DNA of 64,000 nt, taken from Acidimicrobiales bacterium. GTDB lineage: Bacteria > Actinomycetota > Acidimicrobiia > Acidimicrobiales > CADCTF01. The stretch spans positions 2,603-66,602 of the forward strand of contig DATAKR010000156.1 in NCBI GenBank assembly GCA_036261495.1, in the 5' to 3' direction. The translations under genes and the position numbers were made by a program. The notes under the pieces were generated by a model, which was not told the DNA's origin, searched no databases, and saw only the letters and a list, made by a program, of their open reading frames with translations. Shown here one piece after another: positions 53,896 to 64,000 of the stretch; position 1 is the first letter of the stretch, and the number at the start of each line of letters is the position of its first letter.

Positions 53896-56583
53896 TCAGA
53901 CGGGGTCCCGCCGGCGCCGGACGAGCTTCTCGATCTCGACGGCGACGAACGCGGCACTCGAGGCGACGAGCACGACCGCCAGCTGGACGGCGGTGAGCGG
54001 GGTGGTGTCGAAGAGGCTGCGAACGCCGGGCGCGTAGACGGCGGCGAGCTGGGCGCCCACGCCGAGGGCGACGGCGTACATCAGCCACGGGTTCGATCGG
54101 AGACCGAGATGCACGGCGCTGTGCCGCTCCGACCGCACCGCCAAGGCGTTGCCGAGCTGGAGGAACGCGAGCGTCGTGAAGACCATCGTCCGCTCCGGCC
54201 AGCCGGCGGCGCGCGCGAGCACCTGCACGGCGAGCGAGACGCCGGCCATCAGCAGCCCGATCCACAGTGCGTGCTGCCACAGCCCCCGGCCGAGGATCGA
54301 CTCCGACGCCGGCCGCGGGGGGCGCGTCATCGTGTCCGGCTCCGCCGGCTCGAGGCCGAGGGCCACGGCCGGGGGACCGTCGGTGACGAGGTTGATCCAG
54401 AGGATCTGCGCCGGCAGCAGCGGCAGCGGCAGACCGAGCAGGGGCGCGAGGAACATCACCCACACCTCGCCGGAGTTGGTGGCGAGCATGTACCGCACGA
54501 AGCGCCGCACGTTGTCGTAGATGCGCCGGCCTTCCTCGACGGCGCCGACGATGGTGGCGAAGTTGTCGTCGGCGAGCACCATGTCGCCCGCTTCCTTGCT
54601 GACGTCGGTGCCGGTGATGCCCATCGCCACCCCGATGTCGGCCCGCCGGAGCGCGGGGGCGTCGTTCACCCCGTCGCCGGTCATGGCGACGATCGCACCC
54701 TGCCGCTTCCAGGCTTCGACGATGCGCAGCTTCTGCTCCGGCGTGGTCCTCGCGTACACCGACACGCGCTCGACCCGGCCGGCGAGCTCGTCGTCGCCCA
54801 TCGCATCGAGGTCGTGGCCGGTGACGGCGCTCGACGCGCCGTCGAGGAGACCGAGCCGCCGGGCGACGGCCTCCGCCGTCGCGGGGTGGTCGCCGGTGAT
54901 CATGACCGGGGTGATCCCGGCTGCTCGGCACGTGGCGATGGCGGCGGCGGCCTCCGCTCGTGGGGGGTCGGCGATGCCCACGAGACCGACCAGGTGGAGG
55001 TCGCGCTCGATGTCGTCGAGCGGCTCGGGCACCGCGTCGACCCAGCGCTCGGCCAGCGCGATCACCCGGTAGCCGCCGGCGGCGAGGGAGTCGGCGGCGG
55101 CGAGCGCGTTGGCAAGATCTTCGGCGTCCGCCGGCGACACGAGGGGTGCCAGCGCGCCGGGCGCACCCTTCACCGCCACCCACCATCCGTCGGCGGCGCG
55201 GTGGACGGTGAGCATCCGCCGGCGGCCCGCATCGAAGGCGATCTCCGCCACGCGTGGGCGGCCGGCCTCGATCTCGCGTTGCTCGACCCCGAGCTTGGGG
55301 GCGAACGCGAGGAGGGCGCCTTCCGTCGGATCACCGGTGATCGTCCACTCGATCCCCTCACGCGGCGCGTGGAGGGTCGCGTCGTTGCACGCCACCGCGA
55401 CCTCGGCCAGGCGGGTCAGCGAAGGGTCCGGGCTCACCGTCCCCGGAGCCGGCACGACCTCGCCCTCGGGTCGGTACCCGCCGCCGCTCACCGTGTAGCT
55501 GCCGGCGTGGGTCCACACGCGCTCGACCGCCATGCGGTTCTCGGTGAGTGTTCCCGTCTTGTCGGAGCAGATGACGGTCACCGAGCCGAGGGTCTCGACC
55601 GCAGGGAGCCGGCGGACGAGCGCGCGGCGGGCGGCCATGCGCCGGGCGCCGAGCGCGAGGGCCACCGTCACCACCGCGGGCAGCCCCTCGGGGATGGCGG
55701 CGACCGCCAGGCTCACCGCGGTGAGGAACATCTCGTCGGCGGGCTCGCCCGTGAACACGCCCACGATGAACACCACCGCGCACACTGCGAGCGCCGCGGC
55801 GGCGAGCCGGCGGCCGAGGCCACCGAGCCGCTGCTGGAGCGGCGTGGCATCGGCCGAGTGGGTCTGGAGGAGTGTTGCGATCCTGCCGATCTCGGTCGCC
55901 ATGCCGGTGGCGACGACCACGCCGGTGGCGCGGCCGAAGGAGACCACGGTGCCCTTGAAGGCCATGTTGCGGCGGTCGGCGACGAGCGCGCCCCGCTCCG
56001 CGTCGAGCGGTCGGGCCGTCTTCGCGGTCGGCTCCGACTCGCCGGTGAGCGGCGCCTCGTCGACGCGGAGCCCGTGCACCTCGATGAGGCGGAGGTCGGC
56101 GGACACGACGTCGCCGGCCGCGAGCCGGACGAGGTCGCCCGGAACCAGCTCGGCGGCCGGCACCTGGGCGACGGCGCCGTCGCGCATCGTGTTCGCGGTG
56201 GCGGCCGTGAGGCGCTTCAGTGCCGCCATCGCCTCCTCGGCCCGATGCTCCTGCACGAAGCCGACGACGGAGTTCAGCACCACGATCACCGCGATGACGA
56301 TCGTGTCGCGGTACTCGCGGATCACGACGGTGATCGCCGCCGCGGCCGCGAGCACGAGCGTCATGGTGTTGGCGAACTGCGAGAAGAACAGCTGCACGGC
56401 CGAGGTCCGGCGCTGCTCGACCAGCTCGTTCGAGCCGAACCGGGCCAGCCGGCGGGCGCTCTCCTCGGTGGTCAGGCCGCGCTCGGCGTCGGTGCCGTAG
56501 CGCGCCACGACGTCAGCGACGTCGGCCTCCCATGGTTCGGCCGGCGACCCGACGCCGGCGTTCATCGCGTCCACGGCTGCCAC
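53896..56583 (-). CDS. P2-type cation (Ca2+-type) P-type ATPase
   Basis: 895 aa with [32 protein letters not shown] and [16 protein letters not shown]. Confidence 0.9.
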   Translation of the reverse strand: MAAVDAMNAGVGSPAEPWEADVADVVARYGTDAERGLTTEESARRLARFGSNELVEQRRTSAVQLFFSQFANTMTLVLAAAAAITVVIREYRDTIVIAVIVVLNSVVGFVQEHRAEEAMAALKRLTAATANTMRDGAVAQVPAAELVPGDLVRLAAGDVVSADLRLIEVHGLRVDEAPLTGESEPTAKTARPLDAERGALVADRRNMAFKGTVVSFGRATGVVVATGMATEIGRIATLLQTHSADATPLQQRLGGLGRRLAAAALAVCAVVFIVGVFTGEPADEMFLTAVSLAVAAIPEGLPAVVTVALALGARRMAARRALVRRLPAVETLGSVTVICSDKTGTLTENRMAVERVWTHAGSYTVSGGGYRPEGEVVPAPGTVSPDPSLTRLAEVAVACNDATLHAPREGIEWTITGDPTEGALLAFAPKLGVEQREIEAGRPRVAEIAFDAGRRRMLTVHRAADGWWVAVKGAPGALAPLVSPADAEDLANALAAADSLAAGGYRVIALAERWVDAVPEPLDDIERDLHLVGLVGIADPPRAEAAAAIATCRAAGITPVMITGDHPATAEAVARRLGLLDGASSAVTGHDLDAMGDDELAGRVERVSVYARTTPEQKLRIVEAWKRQGAIVAMTGDGVNDAPALRRADIGVAMGITGTDVSKEAGDMVLADDNFATIVGAVEEGRRIYDNVRRFVRYMLATNSGEVWVMFLAPLLGLPLPLLPAQILWINLVTDGPPAVALGLEPAEPDTMTRPPRPASESILGRGLWQHALWIGLLMAGVSLAVQVLARAAGWPERTMVFTTLAFLQLGNALAVRSERHSAVHLGLRSNPWLMYAVALGVGAQLAAVYAPGVRSLFDTTPLTAVQLAVVLVASSAAFVAVEIEKLVRRRRDPV

Positions 56584-56700
56584 CTGCCCAGTAGAGGTCG
56601 GGGGCGGGGGTGAACCCCAGGGGCCAACGTCCCGAGCCGCCAGGTCGATGATCGACCCGCTGCCCGGGTGACGCCGCCCGGATCGGGTAGGCGCGGAATA

Positions 56701-56748
56701 GTTGATGCATCAACCGTGTTCGAGGACGTGAAGGTTGATTCATCAACC
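56701..56748. promoter_or_regulatory. Two GTTGAT-N2-ATCAAC palindromes, probable operator pair
   Basis: GTTGATgcATCAAC at 56701-56714 and gGTTGATtcATCAACc at 56733-56748, centres 33 bp apart, in the divergent region between the ATPase (-) and yceI (+). Confidence 0.5.
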
Positions 56749-56788
56749 AGTCCCATCCGATCGCACGACAAGGAAGCCCGAGACTGCC

Positions 56789-57349
56789 ATGACCACCACG
56801 ACCCTCCCCCAGACCCTCACCGGTGAGTACACCCTCGATCCCTCGCACTCCCGCATCGGCTTCGTCGCCCGCCACGCGATGGTGACCAAGGTCCGCGGCT
56901 CGTTCAACGACGTCGCCGGCACCGGCTACCTCGACACCGAGAACCCCGAGAAGTCCCACCTCGAGCTCGTCATCAAGGCCGACAGCATCGACACCCGCAA
57001 CGCCGACCGCGACGCCCACCTCCGCAGCAACGACTTCTTCGACATGGAGACGTATCCGGAGATCACGTTCAAGAGCACGAGCGTCGAGCGCACCGACGAC
57101 ACCACGTTCCGGGTGACCGGTGACCTCACGATCAAGGGCACCACGAAGCCCGTCACCGTCGACCTCGAGTTCACGGGCAGCGCGACCGATCCGTTCGGCA
57201 ACAACCGCATCGGTCTCGAAGGCAACGTCACCGTCAACCGCAAGGACTGGGGCGTCAACTGGAACGCCGCGCTCGAGGCCGGCGGCGTCCTCGTGAGCGA
57301 GAAGGTCGTCCTCGAGTTCGAGGTGTCGGCCATCAAGCAGACCGCCTGA
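56789..57349 (+). CDS. YceI-family protein
   Basis: AAGGAAG SD. YTLDPSHSRIGFVARHAMVTKVRGSF...GDLTIKGTTKPV. Confidence 0.9.
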   Translation: MTTTTLPQTLTGEYTLDPSHSRIGFVARHAMVTKVRGSFNDVAGTGYLDTENPEKSHLELVIKADSIDTRNADRDAHLRSNDFFDMETYPEITFKSTSVERTDDTTFRVTGDLTIKGTTKPVTVDLEFTGSATDPFGNNRIGLEGNVTVNRKDWGVNWNAALEAGGVLVSEKVVLEFEVSAIKQTA

Positions 57350-57373
57350 TCCTGCAAGCGTCGTGCGCCTCGT

Positions 57374-57402
57374 CGGCGGCGCCCCTCCCCGGGGCGCCGC
57401 CG
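57374..57402 (+). terminator. GC-rich hairpin (12-bp perfect stem, 5-nt loop)
   Basis: CGGCGGCGCCCC-tcccc-GGGGCGCCGCCG, 25 nt after the yceI stop. No U-tract. Confidence 0.5.
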
Positions 57403-57479
57403 CAGAGGCCATCAACGCCGGGACTCCGTGCACCATCTTCCTCTTCTCCGTACCCTCCGTCTCTGCATCGAGGCCCCAC

Positions 57480-58253
57480 ATGAACACCTCCACCCTCACC
57501 CCTCAGGTCGACGTCCGGCGTGCCGGCGACCGCTTCGCGACGCGGCTCGGATGGCTCGACTCCAAGCACTCCTTCTCGTTCAGCCGCCACTGGGACCCGG
57601 CCAACACCCACCACGGCCTGTTGCTCGTGAACAACGACGACCGCGTCATGCCGGGCACCGGCTTCGAGACCCATCCCCACCGCGACATGGAGATCGTCAC
57701 GTGGGTGCTGCAAGGCTCGCTCGTGCACCAGGATTCCGAGGGCAACCGGGGCGTGATCTATCCGGGCCTCGCGCAGCGGATGAGCGCCGGCACGGGGATC
57801 CTCCACTCCGAGAAGAACGACTCCTGGCGCGTGCAGGGCGGCGCCGAGCACGACGAGCCGGTCCACTTCGTCCAGATGTGGGTCGTCCCCGACGAGGACG
57901 GCATCGTCCCCGGATACGAGCAGCTCGAGATAGACGACGAGCTGCTGCGCGGCGGCCTCGTCCCCGTGGCGTCGGGGATGGACGAGCACGCCGGCGCCGC
58001 GGCGATCCGCATCCGCAACCGCTACGCCGCTCTCCACGCCGCCCGCCTCGACCAGGACGGCTCGGTCACGCTGCCCGACGCCCCGTTCGTGCACCTCTTC
58101 GTGCCTCGCGGCACCGTCGAGCTCGAAGGCGCCGGAACGCTCGGAGAGGGAGATGCGGTGCGGCTCACCGCCACGGGCGGCCAGAGGGTGACCGCCGTCG
58201 ATCCCGCCGAGATCCTCGTGTGGGAGATGCACGCCCAGCTGGCCGCGTCGTAG
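57480..58253 (+). CDS. Pirin-family protein (second copy in the window)
   Basis: FETHPHRDMEIVTWVLQGSLVHQDSEGN...MSAGTGILHSEKN. Confidence 0.9.
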   Translation: MNTSTLTPQVDVRRAGDRFATRLGWLDSKHSFSFSRHWDPANTHHGLLLVNNDDRVMPGTGFETHPHRDMEIVTWVLQGSLVHQDSEGNRGVIYPGLAQRMSAGTGILHSEKNDSWRVQGGAEHDEPVHFVQMWVVPDEDGIVPGYEQLEIDDELLRGGLVPVASGMDEHAGAAAIRIRNRYAALHAARLDQDGSVTLPDAPFVHLFVPRGTVELEGAGTLGEGDAVRLTATGGQRVTAVDPAEILVWEMHAQLAAS

Positions 58254-58279
58254 GCCGGCGCGGGGAGCGAGCCATCACG

Positions 58280-58780
58280 ATGCCACCGACCACCGACCAG
58301 CAGTGGCTCAACGACGAGGAGCAGGCGGCGTGGCGCGCCTGGCAGCGGATGCACCTCCAGCTGACCGGCCGGCTCAACCGCCAGCTCGCCGAGGAGAGCG
58401 GGATCTCGCTGCAGGACTACGGCGTGCTCGTGACGCTCACCGATCGGGCCGACGGCCGGATGCGGGCCTTCGAGCTCGGCCGCGAGCTCGGGTGGGAGAA
58501 GAGCCGCCTCTCGCACCACGTCTCCCGCATGGTCGAGCGCGGCTTCGTGACCCGTGAGCGGTGCCCGACCGACCAGCGCGGCCTGTTCATCGCCGTCACG
58601 CCGAAGGGCAGGGCCGCGATCGAGGCGGCCGCGCCCGGGCACGTCGCCGAGGTTCGCCGCTCGTTCATCGACCTGCTCACGCCCGAGCAGCTACGGGCCG
58701 TCGCCGAGGTCGCCGGCGTCGTGCTCGACGCCCTGGCCGAGGAGTGCGCCCGCGCCGTCCCCGAGGCGCCCGACGCCTGA
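58280..58780 (+). CDS. MarR-family transcriptional regulator
   Basis: Winged HTH ISLQDYGVLVTLTD...RMRAFELGRELGWEKSRLSHHVSRMVERGFV. Confidence 0.9.
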   Translation: MPPTTDQQWLNDEEQAAWRAWQRMHLQLTGRLNRQLAEESGISLQDYGVLVTLTDRADGRMRAFELGRELGWEKSRLSHHVSRMVERGFVTRERCPTDQRGLFIAVTPKGRAAIEAAAPGHVAEVRRSFIDLLTPEQLRAVAEVAGVVLDALAEECARAVPEAPDA

Positions 58781-58924
58781 GAAGAGCGGGCAGGGACCGA
58801 AGGTCCTTGACTCGGAGGCTCCCACCCCGTTGGATTGGGGCGCGTGGGCGCGGCGGCAAGTGTCCGGCTCGTCCCATGCGGACGAGCGCGCGGCGACGCC
58901 GGCGCCGACTGACGGAGGGTGAAC

Positions 58925-59314
58925 ATGTTCAAGGAGTTCAAGGCGTTCCTCATGCGTGGGAACGTCGTCGACCTGGCCGTCGCGGTGATCATCGGTGCTG
59001 CGTTCAGCGCGATCGTCGCGGCGATCACCACCGGACTGATCACACCGCTGATCGGGATGATCATCTCCCGCGACTTCACGAAGATGACGTTCGAGGTCAA
59101 CAACAGCGTCTTCAGCTACGGCCTCGTGATCGACGCGGTCATCAAGTTCATCGCGTACGCCGCCGTCATCTTCTTCGTCATCGTGAAGCCGATGCAGGTC
59201 ATGTCCGACCGCCGCAAGCGCGGCGAGGTCGAGCCCGAGGAAGGCCCGGCGCCGAGCGACGAGGCGCTGCTCCTCGCCGAGATCCGCGACCTGCTCTCGG
59301 CCCGCCAGGGGTAG
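58925..59314 (+). CDS. mscL: Large-conductance mechanosensitive channel
   Basis: MFKEFKAFLMRGNVVDLAVAVIIGAAFSAIV. GGAGGG lies 5 nt upstream of the ATG. Confidence 0.9.
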   Translation: MFKEFKAFLMRGNVVDLAVAVIIGAAFSAIVAAITTGLITPLIGMIISRDFTKMTFEVNNSVFSYGLVIDAVIKFIAYAAVIFFVIVKPMQVMSDRRKRGEVEPEEGPAPSDEALLLAEIRDLLSARQG

Positions 59315-59336
59315 TCACCCGGTCCACTGGCGGCGG

Positions 59337-60926
59337 GTGGGGCCGGTCACCGGGTCTCGCCGACGGCTGACGCGTGGAACACTGCGAACGGTGCCGCCCA
59401 CCTCGCCTACCGCCGAACCACCCGCGTGGGCCCGGCACCTTCCCGCCGGCATCGGTCCCCGCGACGTCGACGTCGTCGGCGAGGGGACGCTGCCGGCGGC
59501 ATGGGTGCGGGGATGGCGTGCCGCGCCGGCACGCCGCGTCGTGCACGACGTCGATGAGGAGTGGGTGTCGGGCGCCGACCTGCTGGCGCGCAGCGAGCGC
59601 CTGGCGCGCCGTCTCGTCGGAGCCGGTGTCGATCGGGGCGACCGCGTGCTGCTGTCGGGTTCGGCGTCGGTTGCCTACGTCACCGCCTACGTCGCGGCGC
59701 TACGCGCCGGCTTCGTCGTCGTCCCCGTCAACCCGGCCTACTCGCGCCGGGAGCTCGACGTGATCGTCGACGACGCGTCGCCCCGGGCGGCGATCCTCGA
59801 GTCGACGGCCCTGCGGGCCGCGGCACGTGAGCGCGACCCGTCGATGGTCGTGACAGAGATGGGCGTCGACCTGCCCGACGGCGGCGCGGGTACCGTCCTC
59901 GACGCGGCCCGGCCCGACGACCCCGCGCTGCTGCCCTACACGTCGGGCACCACGGGGCGGCCCAAGGGCGCGCTGCTCTCGCACGCCAACCTGCTCGCGA
60001 GCGCCGAGGCCGTCCGGCTGGCGTGGCGCTGGACCGCCGCCGACGTCCTCATCCTCTGCCTTCCGCTGTTCCACATGCACGGCCTCGGCGTGGGGCTCCA
60101 CGGCACGCTTCTCACCGGCGGTGCCGCGATCCTCCAGCCGCAGTTCGATCCGGAGGCGGTGCTGGCAACGGCCGCCGGCGGCGACGCCACCATGTTCTTC
60201 GGTGTGCCGACGATGTACCGGCGCCTCGTCGCCGCCGACCACCCCGACCGGCTCGCGGCGCTCCGCCTGTGCGTGTCGGGGTCAGCGCCGCTGAGCGGCG
60301 ACCTGCACGCCGCCGTCGCCGAGCGGTGCGGCCAGGTCGTGCTCGAGCGCTACGGCATGACCGAGACGGTGATGCTCGTGTCGAACCCGTACGACGGTGA
60401 GCGCCGGCCCGGCACCGTCGGCTTCCCGCTGCCGGGCGTCGAGGTCCACCTCGACGCGGCGAACGACGAGATCCTCGTGCGAGGACCCAACGTGTTCGCC
60501 GGCTACTTCCGGCGTCCCGACGCCACGGCCGCCGCGTTCACCGACGACGGCTGGTTCCGCACCGGCGACATCGGGTCGACCGACGCCGACGGGTACCTCC
60601 GGATCGTCGGCCGGGCGAAGGAGCTGATCATCAGCGGCGGCTACAACGTCTACCCCCGCGAGATCGAGGACGTCCTGCGTGCCCATCCGTCGGTGATCGA
60701 CGCGGCCGTCGTCGGCACGCCGTCGGAGGAGTGGGGGGAGACCGTCACCGCGTACGTCGAGGCCCGCGACCCGTTCGATCCGGCCGACGTGGTGGCCTGG
60801 GCCGCGACCCAGCTCGCGCCGTACAAGAAGCCGCGCCTCGTCCATCGGGTCGACGCCCTGCCGCGGAACAAGCTGGGCAAGGTGCTCCGCGACGAGCTGC
60901 GGCCGCCCGAGAGCCGAACCGCATGA
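59337..60926 (+). CDS. AMP-binding acyl-CoA synthetase (MatB-like)
   Basis: YTSGTTGRPKGA, TGDIG...GYLRIVGRAKE and a C-terminal PRNKLGKV. Start uncertain (GTG 59337 or 59391). Confidence 0.85.
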   Translation: MGPVTGSRRRLTRGTLRTVPPTSPTAEPPAWARHLPAGIGPRDVDVVGEGTLPAAWVRGWRAAPARRVVHDVDEEWVSGADLLARSERLARRLVGAGVDRGDRVLLSGSASVAYVTAYVAALRAGFVVVPVNPAYSRRELDVIVDDASPRAAILESTALRAAARERDPSMVVTEMGVDLPDGGAGTVLDAARPDDPALLPYTSGTTGRPKGALLSHANLLASAEAVRLAWRWTAADVLILCLPLFHMHGLGVGLHGTLLTGGAAILQPQFDPEAVLATAAGGDATMFFGVPTMYRRLVAADHPDRLAALRLCVSGSAPLSGDLHAAVAERCGQVVLERYGMTETVMLVSNPYDGERRPGTVGFPLPGVEVHLDAANDEILVRGPNVFAGYFRRPDATAAAFTDDGWFRTGDIGSTDADGYLRIVGRAKELIISGGYNVYPREIEDVLRAHPSVIDAAVVGTPSEEWGETVTAYVEARDPFDPADVVAWAATQLAPYKKPRLVHRVDALPRNKLGKVLRDELRPPESRTA

Positions 60927-62113
60927 GCGCGCCGGCGCACCTGCCGCTCGACGACGTGCGTGTGCTCGACCTCACCGTGGCCCGCGCCGGGCCGTCGTGC
61001 GTGCGCCAGCTGGCCGACTGGGGCGCCGACGTGATCCAGATCGAGCCGCCCGTCGACCCCTCGACGCCCGGCATCGCCGGCGAGCGCCGCGACGGGTCCG
61101 ACTGGCAGAACCTCCACCGCAACAAGCGCGCCATCTCACTCGACCTGAAGCAACCGGGCGCGACCGACGTCCTCCTGCGCCTCGTCGACACCGCCGACGT
61201 GCTCGTCGAGAACATGCGGCCCGACGTCAAGTCCCGTCTCGGGTTCGACTTCCCGACCGTGCACGCCCGCAACCCGCGCCTCGTCTACGGCTCGATCTCG
61301 GGCTTCGGCCAGCACGGCCCCTACCGGGACCGCGGTGGCGTCGATCAGATCGCCCAGGGGATGGGTGGGCTCATGAGCGTCACCGGTCTGCCCGGCTCGG
61401 CACCGACGCGCACGGGGACCCCGGTGTCGGATCTCGCGGCCGGGCTCTACCTCGCGGTCGGCGTGCTCGTCGCGCTGCACGACCGCGACCGCACGGGCGA
61501 AGGGCGCTGGGTCCAGACGTCGCTGCTCGAGGCGATGATCGGGATGATGGACTTCCAGGCATCCCGGTGGACGATCGACGGCGTGGTGCCGGAGCAGGAG
61601 GGGAACCACCATCCGACGCTCGTGCCGATGGGCTGCTTCGAGACGGCCGACGGCTACGTGAACGTCGCCGGTCCGAGCGGCCGGCTCCTCCGGTCGTTCT
61701 GCGCGGCGATCGGCCTTCCCGACCTGCCCGCCGACCCTCGCTTCGACACGGCCGCCAAGCGCAGCGAGAACCGGGCCGCGCTGAACGACCTGATCGCGCC
61801 GCGGCTGCGCGAGCGCACGACGGGGGAGTGGGTCACCGTGCTGAACGCAGCGGGCGTGCCGTGCGGTCCGGTGTACGCGATGGACGAGGTGTTCGCCGAC
61901 GAGCAGGTGGTGCACCTCGGGTTGGTCGCGACCGTCGACCACCCCTCGCTCGGCTCGCTCGACATCGTGCGCAATCCCGTGACGATCGAAGGTGGAGGTC
62001 CGACGGTCCGCGCCGCGAGCCCGTTGCCCGGGGCGAACACCGACGAGGTGCTCGCGCAAGCGGGCTTCACCGCCGGCGAGATCGACGACCTGCGCCGGCG
62101 GGGCGTCATCTGA
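60923..62113 (+). CDS. Family III CoA-transferase (CaiB/BaiF)
   Basis: VRVLDLTVARAGPSCVRQLADWGADVIQIEPP. ATGA overlap with the ligase stop. Confidence 0.9.
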   Translation: MSAPAHLPLDDVRVLDLTVARAGPSCVRQLADWGADVIQIEPPVDPSTPGIAGERRDGSDWQNLHRNKRAISLDLKQPGATDVLLRLVDTADVLVENMRPDVKSRLGFDFPTVHARNPRLVYGSISGFGQHGPYRDRGGVDQIAQGMGGLMSVTGLPGSAPTRTGTPVSDLAAGLYLAVGVLVALHDRDRTGEGRWVQTSLLEAMIGMMDFQASRWTIDGVVPEQEGNHHPTLVPMGCFETADGYVNVAGPSGRLLRSFCAAIGLPDLPADPRFDTAAKRSENRAALNDLIAPRLRERTTGEWVTVLNAAGVPCGPVYAMDEVFADEQVVHLGLVATVDHPSLGSLDIVRNPVTIEGGGPTVRAASPLPGANTDEVLAQAGFTAGEIDDLRRRGVI

Positions 62114-62159
62114 ACCGATCCCACCGCCTGCACTGCCGACGACGAAGAGGAGCCCCGCC

Positions 62160-62972
62160 ATGCCGAAGCCCCGAACCCACGACACCGGCACCGACAAGCT
62201 GCTCGTCGAGATCGACGACGGCGTCGCGACGATGACGTTCAACAACCCGGAGAAGCGCAACGCCCTGTCGGAGGAGATCCGCGCCTCGCTTCCCGGTGCC
62301 CTCCGCGCGCTGGCGCGCGACGACGAGGTGCGCGTCGTGGTGCTACGGGGCGCAGGTGAGAAGGCGTTCGTGTCGGGGGCCGACATCTCCGAGTTCGGTG
62401 ATCGCCGCACGAGCCCCGAAGCGCGGGCCGAGTTCGACGCACTCAGCGCGGAGGCGGGCCATGCGTGGAACGCGCTCGAGAAGCCCGTCATCGCGATGAT
62501 CCGGGGCTTCTGCATCGGTGGCGGGCTCCTCATCGCGCTCCAGGCCGACATCCGGATCGCGGCCGACGACGCCCGCTTCGGCGTGCCCGCGGCCAAGCTC
62601 GGGCTCGGCTACGGCTACGGCGGCGTCGAGGCGCTCGTCGGCCTCGTCGGCTGGGCGGCGGCGTCGGAGATCCTGTTCTCCGCCCGCCAGCTCACCGCGG
62701 AGGAGGCCGACCACATCGGGCTCGTGAACCGCGTCGTGCCGGTGGCGAAGCTCGAGTCGGAGGTGAAGGAGCTCGCCGGGCTGATCACCGCCAACGCACC
62801 GCTCACGGTCGCAGCGTGCAAGGCCGCGATCCGCCAGGCACGGAAGGATCCCGACGACCGCGACCTCGCCCACGTCGGCGCCATGGTCGAAGCCTGCTTC
62901 CAGTCGGACGACTACAAGGAGGGCCAGCGCGCCTTCGCCGAGAAGCGCAGCCCCAAGTTCACCGGCCGTTGA
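62160..62972 (+). CDS. Enoyl-CoA hydratase/isomerase (crotonase)
   Basis: TFNNPEKRNAL...VVVLRGAGEKAFVSGADISEF...GFCIGGG. GAAGAGGAG SD. Confidence 0.9.
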   Translation: MPKPRTHDTGTDKLLVEIDDGVATMTFNNPEKRNALSEEIRASLPGALRALARDDEVRVVVLRGAGEKAFVSGADISEFGDRRTSPEARAEFDALSAEAGHAWNALEKPVIAMIRGFCIGGGLLIALQADIRIAADDARFGVPAAKLGLGYGYGGVEALVGLVGWAAASEILFSARQLTAEEADHIGLVNRVVPVAKLESEVKELAGLITANAPLTVAACKAAIRQARKDPDDRDLAHVGAMVEACFQSDDYKEGQRAFAEKRSPKFTGR

Positions 62973-63002
62973 CCCCGGGCCGGTGATCGCCGGCGGGCGG
63001 CG

Positions 63003-63659
63003 TCAGAAGCCGAGCGAGAACTGTCGCCCCGAGAGGGCGCGCTGGCGGGCGTCGTCGACGAGATGGTCGCCGGCGTCGAGGAGCCGCGGCAGGAGGTCAC
63101 GCTCGAGGGTGAGGGCGCGGAACACCATCCCGATCGTCACGTCGTGCGCCGGCCGGAAGTCGACCTCGATGGCGTCGCCCGCCGCGATGGGCCCGGGCGC
63201 CAGGACGCGGAGGTAGGCGCCGGGGGCGGCGCGCCGCGTGAACGCCTTGACCCAACCGGGGCGACCCATCCAGGTCCGGAAGGTGCCGCAGGGGATCCTC
63301 GGCACCGTCACCTCGAGCACCACCTCACGGCCGATGCGCCACCGCTCGCCGACGATCGCTCCCGTCACGTCGAGGTCGACGGTGGTGAGGTTCTCGCCGA
63401 ACGTCCCCCCAGCGAGCGCCATGCCGAGCTCGTGCTCCCACCAGTCGAGGTCCTCGCGGGCGTAGGCGTACACGGCCTGGTCGGGTCCGCCGTGGTTGTC
63501 GGTGTCGCAGATGGCGTCGCCGGCGAGGCCGCTCTGCGACGGTCCTGGCGGCATCACCTCGACCGGCGTGGTGCTCGGCCGCTTGTCGATGCCGGTCAGA
63601 CCCCCCTTCGCCCCGATCTCACGCGGGGCGCCGACGTTGACGGAGACGACGTGGGCCAC
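63003..63659 (-). CDS. MOSC domain protein (YiiM-like)
   Basis: GENLTT...GERWRIG...LEVTVPRIPCGTF. GTG start. Confidence 0.9.
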   Translation of the reverse strand: MAHVVSVNVGAPREIGAKGGLTGIDKRPSTTPVEVMPPGPSQSGLAGDAICDTDNHGGPDQAVYAYAREDLDWWEHELGMALAGGTFGENLTTVDLDVTGAIVGERWRIGREVVLEVTVPRIPCGTFRTWMGRPGWVKAFTRRAAPGAYLRVLAPGPIAAGDAIEVDFRPAHDVTIGMVFRALTLERDLLPRLLDAGDHLVDDARQRALSGRQFSLGF

Positions 63660-63709
63660 GCCGGAGACGGTAAACGACGCGGGCCGCCGGCTCGGTTCGC
63701 GGCCTCGCG

Positions 63710-64000
63710 CTACGACGATGCGGTCGAAAGGTCCTTGTCCTCCATCTCCCAGGCGTGGTCCATCACGTGGTAGGCGCTGTGGCGGACGAGGAACGGCAGC
63801 GTCCAGGTCCGCATCCGGCGCCCCTCGCCACGGTTGTAGGCCCTCATCGCGTCGACGTAGCTCTCGCGGTGGGCGCGCAGGCCTGCCGGCGACAGCGCTG
63901 CGCCCTCCGGTATCCGAAGCCCGAGCCGCTTGGCGAACTCCTCGCTCTCGGTGCGGATCGTGTGGCGGATGATCTTGTCGCGGTCCCGCCCGCCGCCCCG
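63710..64000 (-). CDS. 3' part of a gene truncated by the window edge; DinB-like C-terminus
   Basis: The minus strand reads ...RTWTLPFLVRHSAYHVMDHAWEMEDKDLSTASS* with stop at 63710-63712. Not in the ORF track because it is open to the edge. Confidence 0.5.
   Translation of the reverse strand, partial: RGGGRDRDKIIRHTIRTESEEFAKRLGLRIPEGAALSPAGLRAHRESYVDAMRAYNRGEGRRMRTWTLPFLVRHSAYHVMDHAWEMEDKDLSTASS

Noticed and set aside
54109-56613. 834-aa plus-strand ORF
   Set aside because: It is antisense to the P-type ATPase, which has all canonical motifs.
1-64000. Mobile elements, prophage, defence systems, tRNA/rRNA
   Set aside because: I saw no integrase, transposase, phage structural, nuclease/helicase defence-type or toxin-antitoxin genes, no terminal inverted repeats, and no compositional island. 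No intergenic gap is large or structured enough to be a tRNA or rRNA.

Overview
Very GC-rich, densely coding chromosomal segment that looks actinobacterial. Third codon positions were about 90% G/C in the stretches I counted by hand. GTG starts and 1-14 nt stop/start overlaps are frequent. I call about 65 CDS and found no rRNA, tRNA, CRISPR array, transposase, integrase, prophage or recognisable defence genes, so this reads as core or accessory metabolism rather than a mobile island.

Content in order:
- ArsC-like tail plus a MIP channel, TetR, an alpha/beta hydrolase, a Cys-rich PDZ protein, and DoxX-pirin-DOPA dioxygenase.
- A Tyr phosphatase, crcB-DUF190-crcB, a VOC/TetR pair and an MgtA-type P-type ATPase.
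- A five-gene cytoplasmic glycan cluster: GT4, unknown, GH130, GT4, GH5-like.
- Two tandem GAF-ANTAR regulators facing a sensor-less histidine kinase, then a GT1.
- TetR with a MacB-type ABC transporter, a two-component system whose regulator is frameshifted, and a small secreted protein.
- cysE-cysK.
- An ACAD-SDR-phosphotransferase operon that resembles the Lva / ACAD10-11 logic, next to a fused double ACAD.
- A PLP enzyme, small ORF, DUF1326, DUF2182 and methyltransferase operon.
- A BNR propeller coupled to a ThiS/MoaD-like protein ending in GG.
- An MFS transporter, a 64-bp tandem hairpin repeat, patatin, and an orphan form-II CoxL-like subunit.
- A Ca-type P-type ATPase and a yceI-pirin-marR-mscL group preceded by twin palindromes.
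- An acyl-CoA ligase / CoA-transferase / crotonase trio, and MOSC.

No single unmistakable novel system stands out. The most promising unexplained modules are the glycan cluster, the GAF-ANTAR/kinase locus, the DUF1326/DUF2182 operon, the BNR-Ubl pair, the kinase-containing ACAD operon and the 64-bp repeat array.

All family assignments come from motif recognition by eye; no searches were run.
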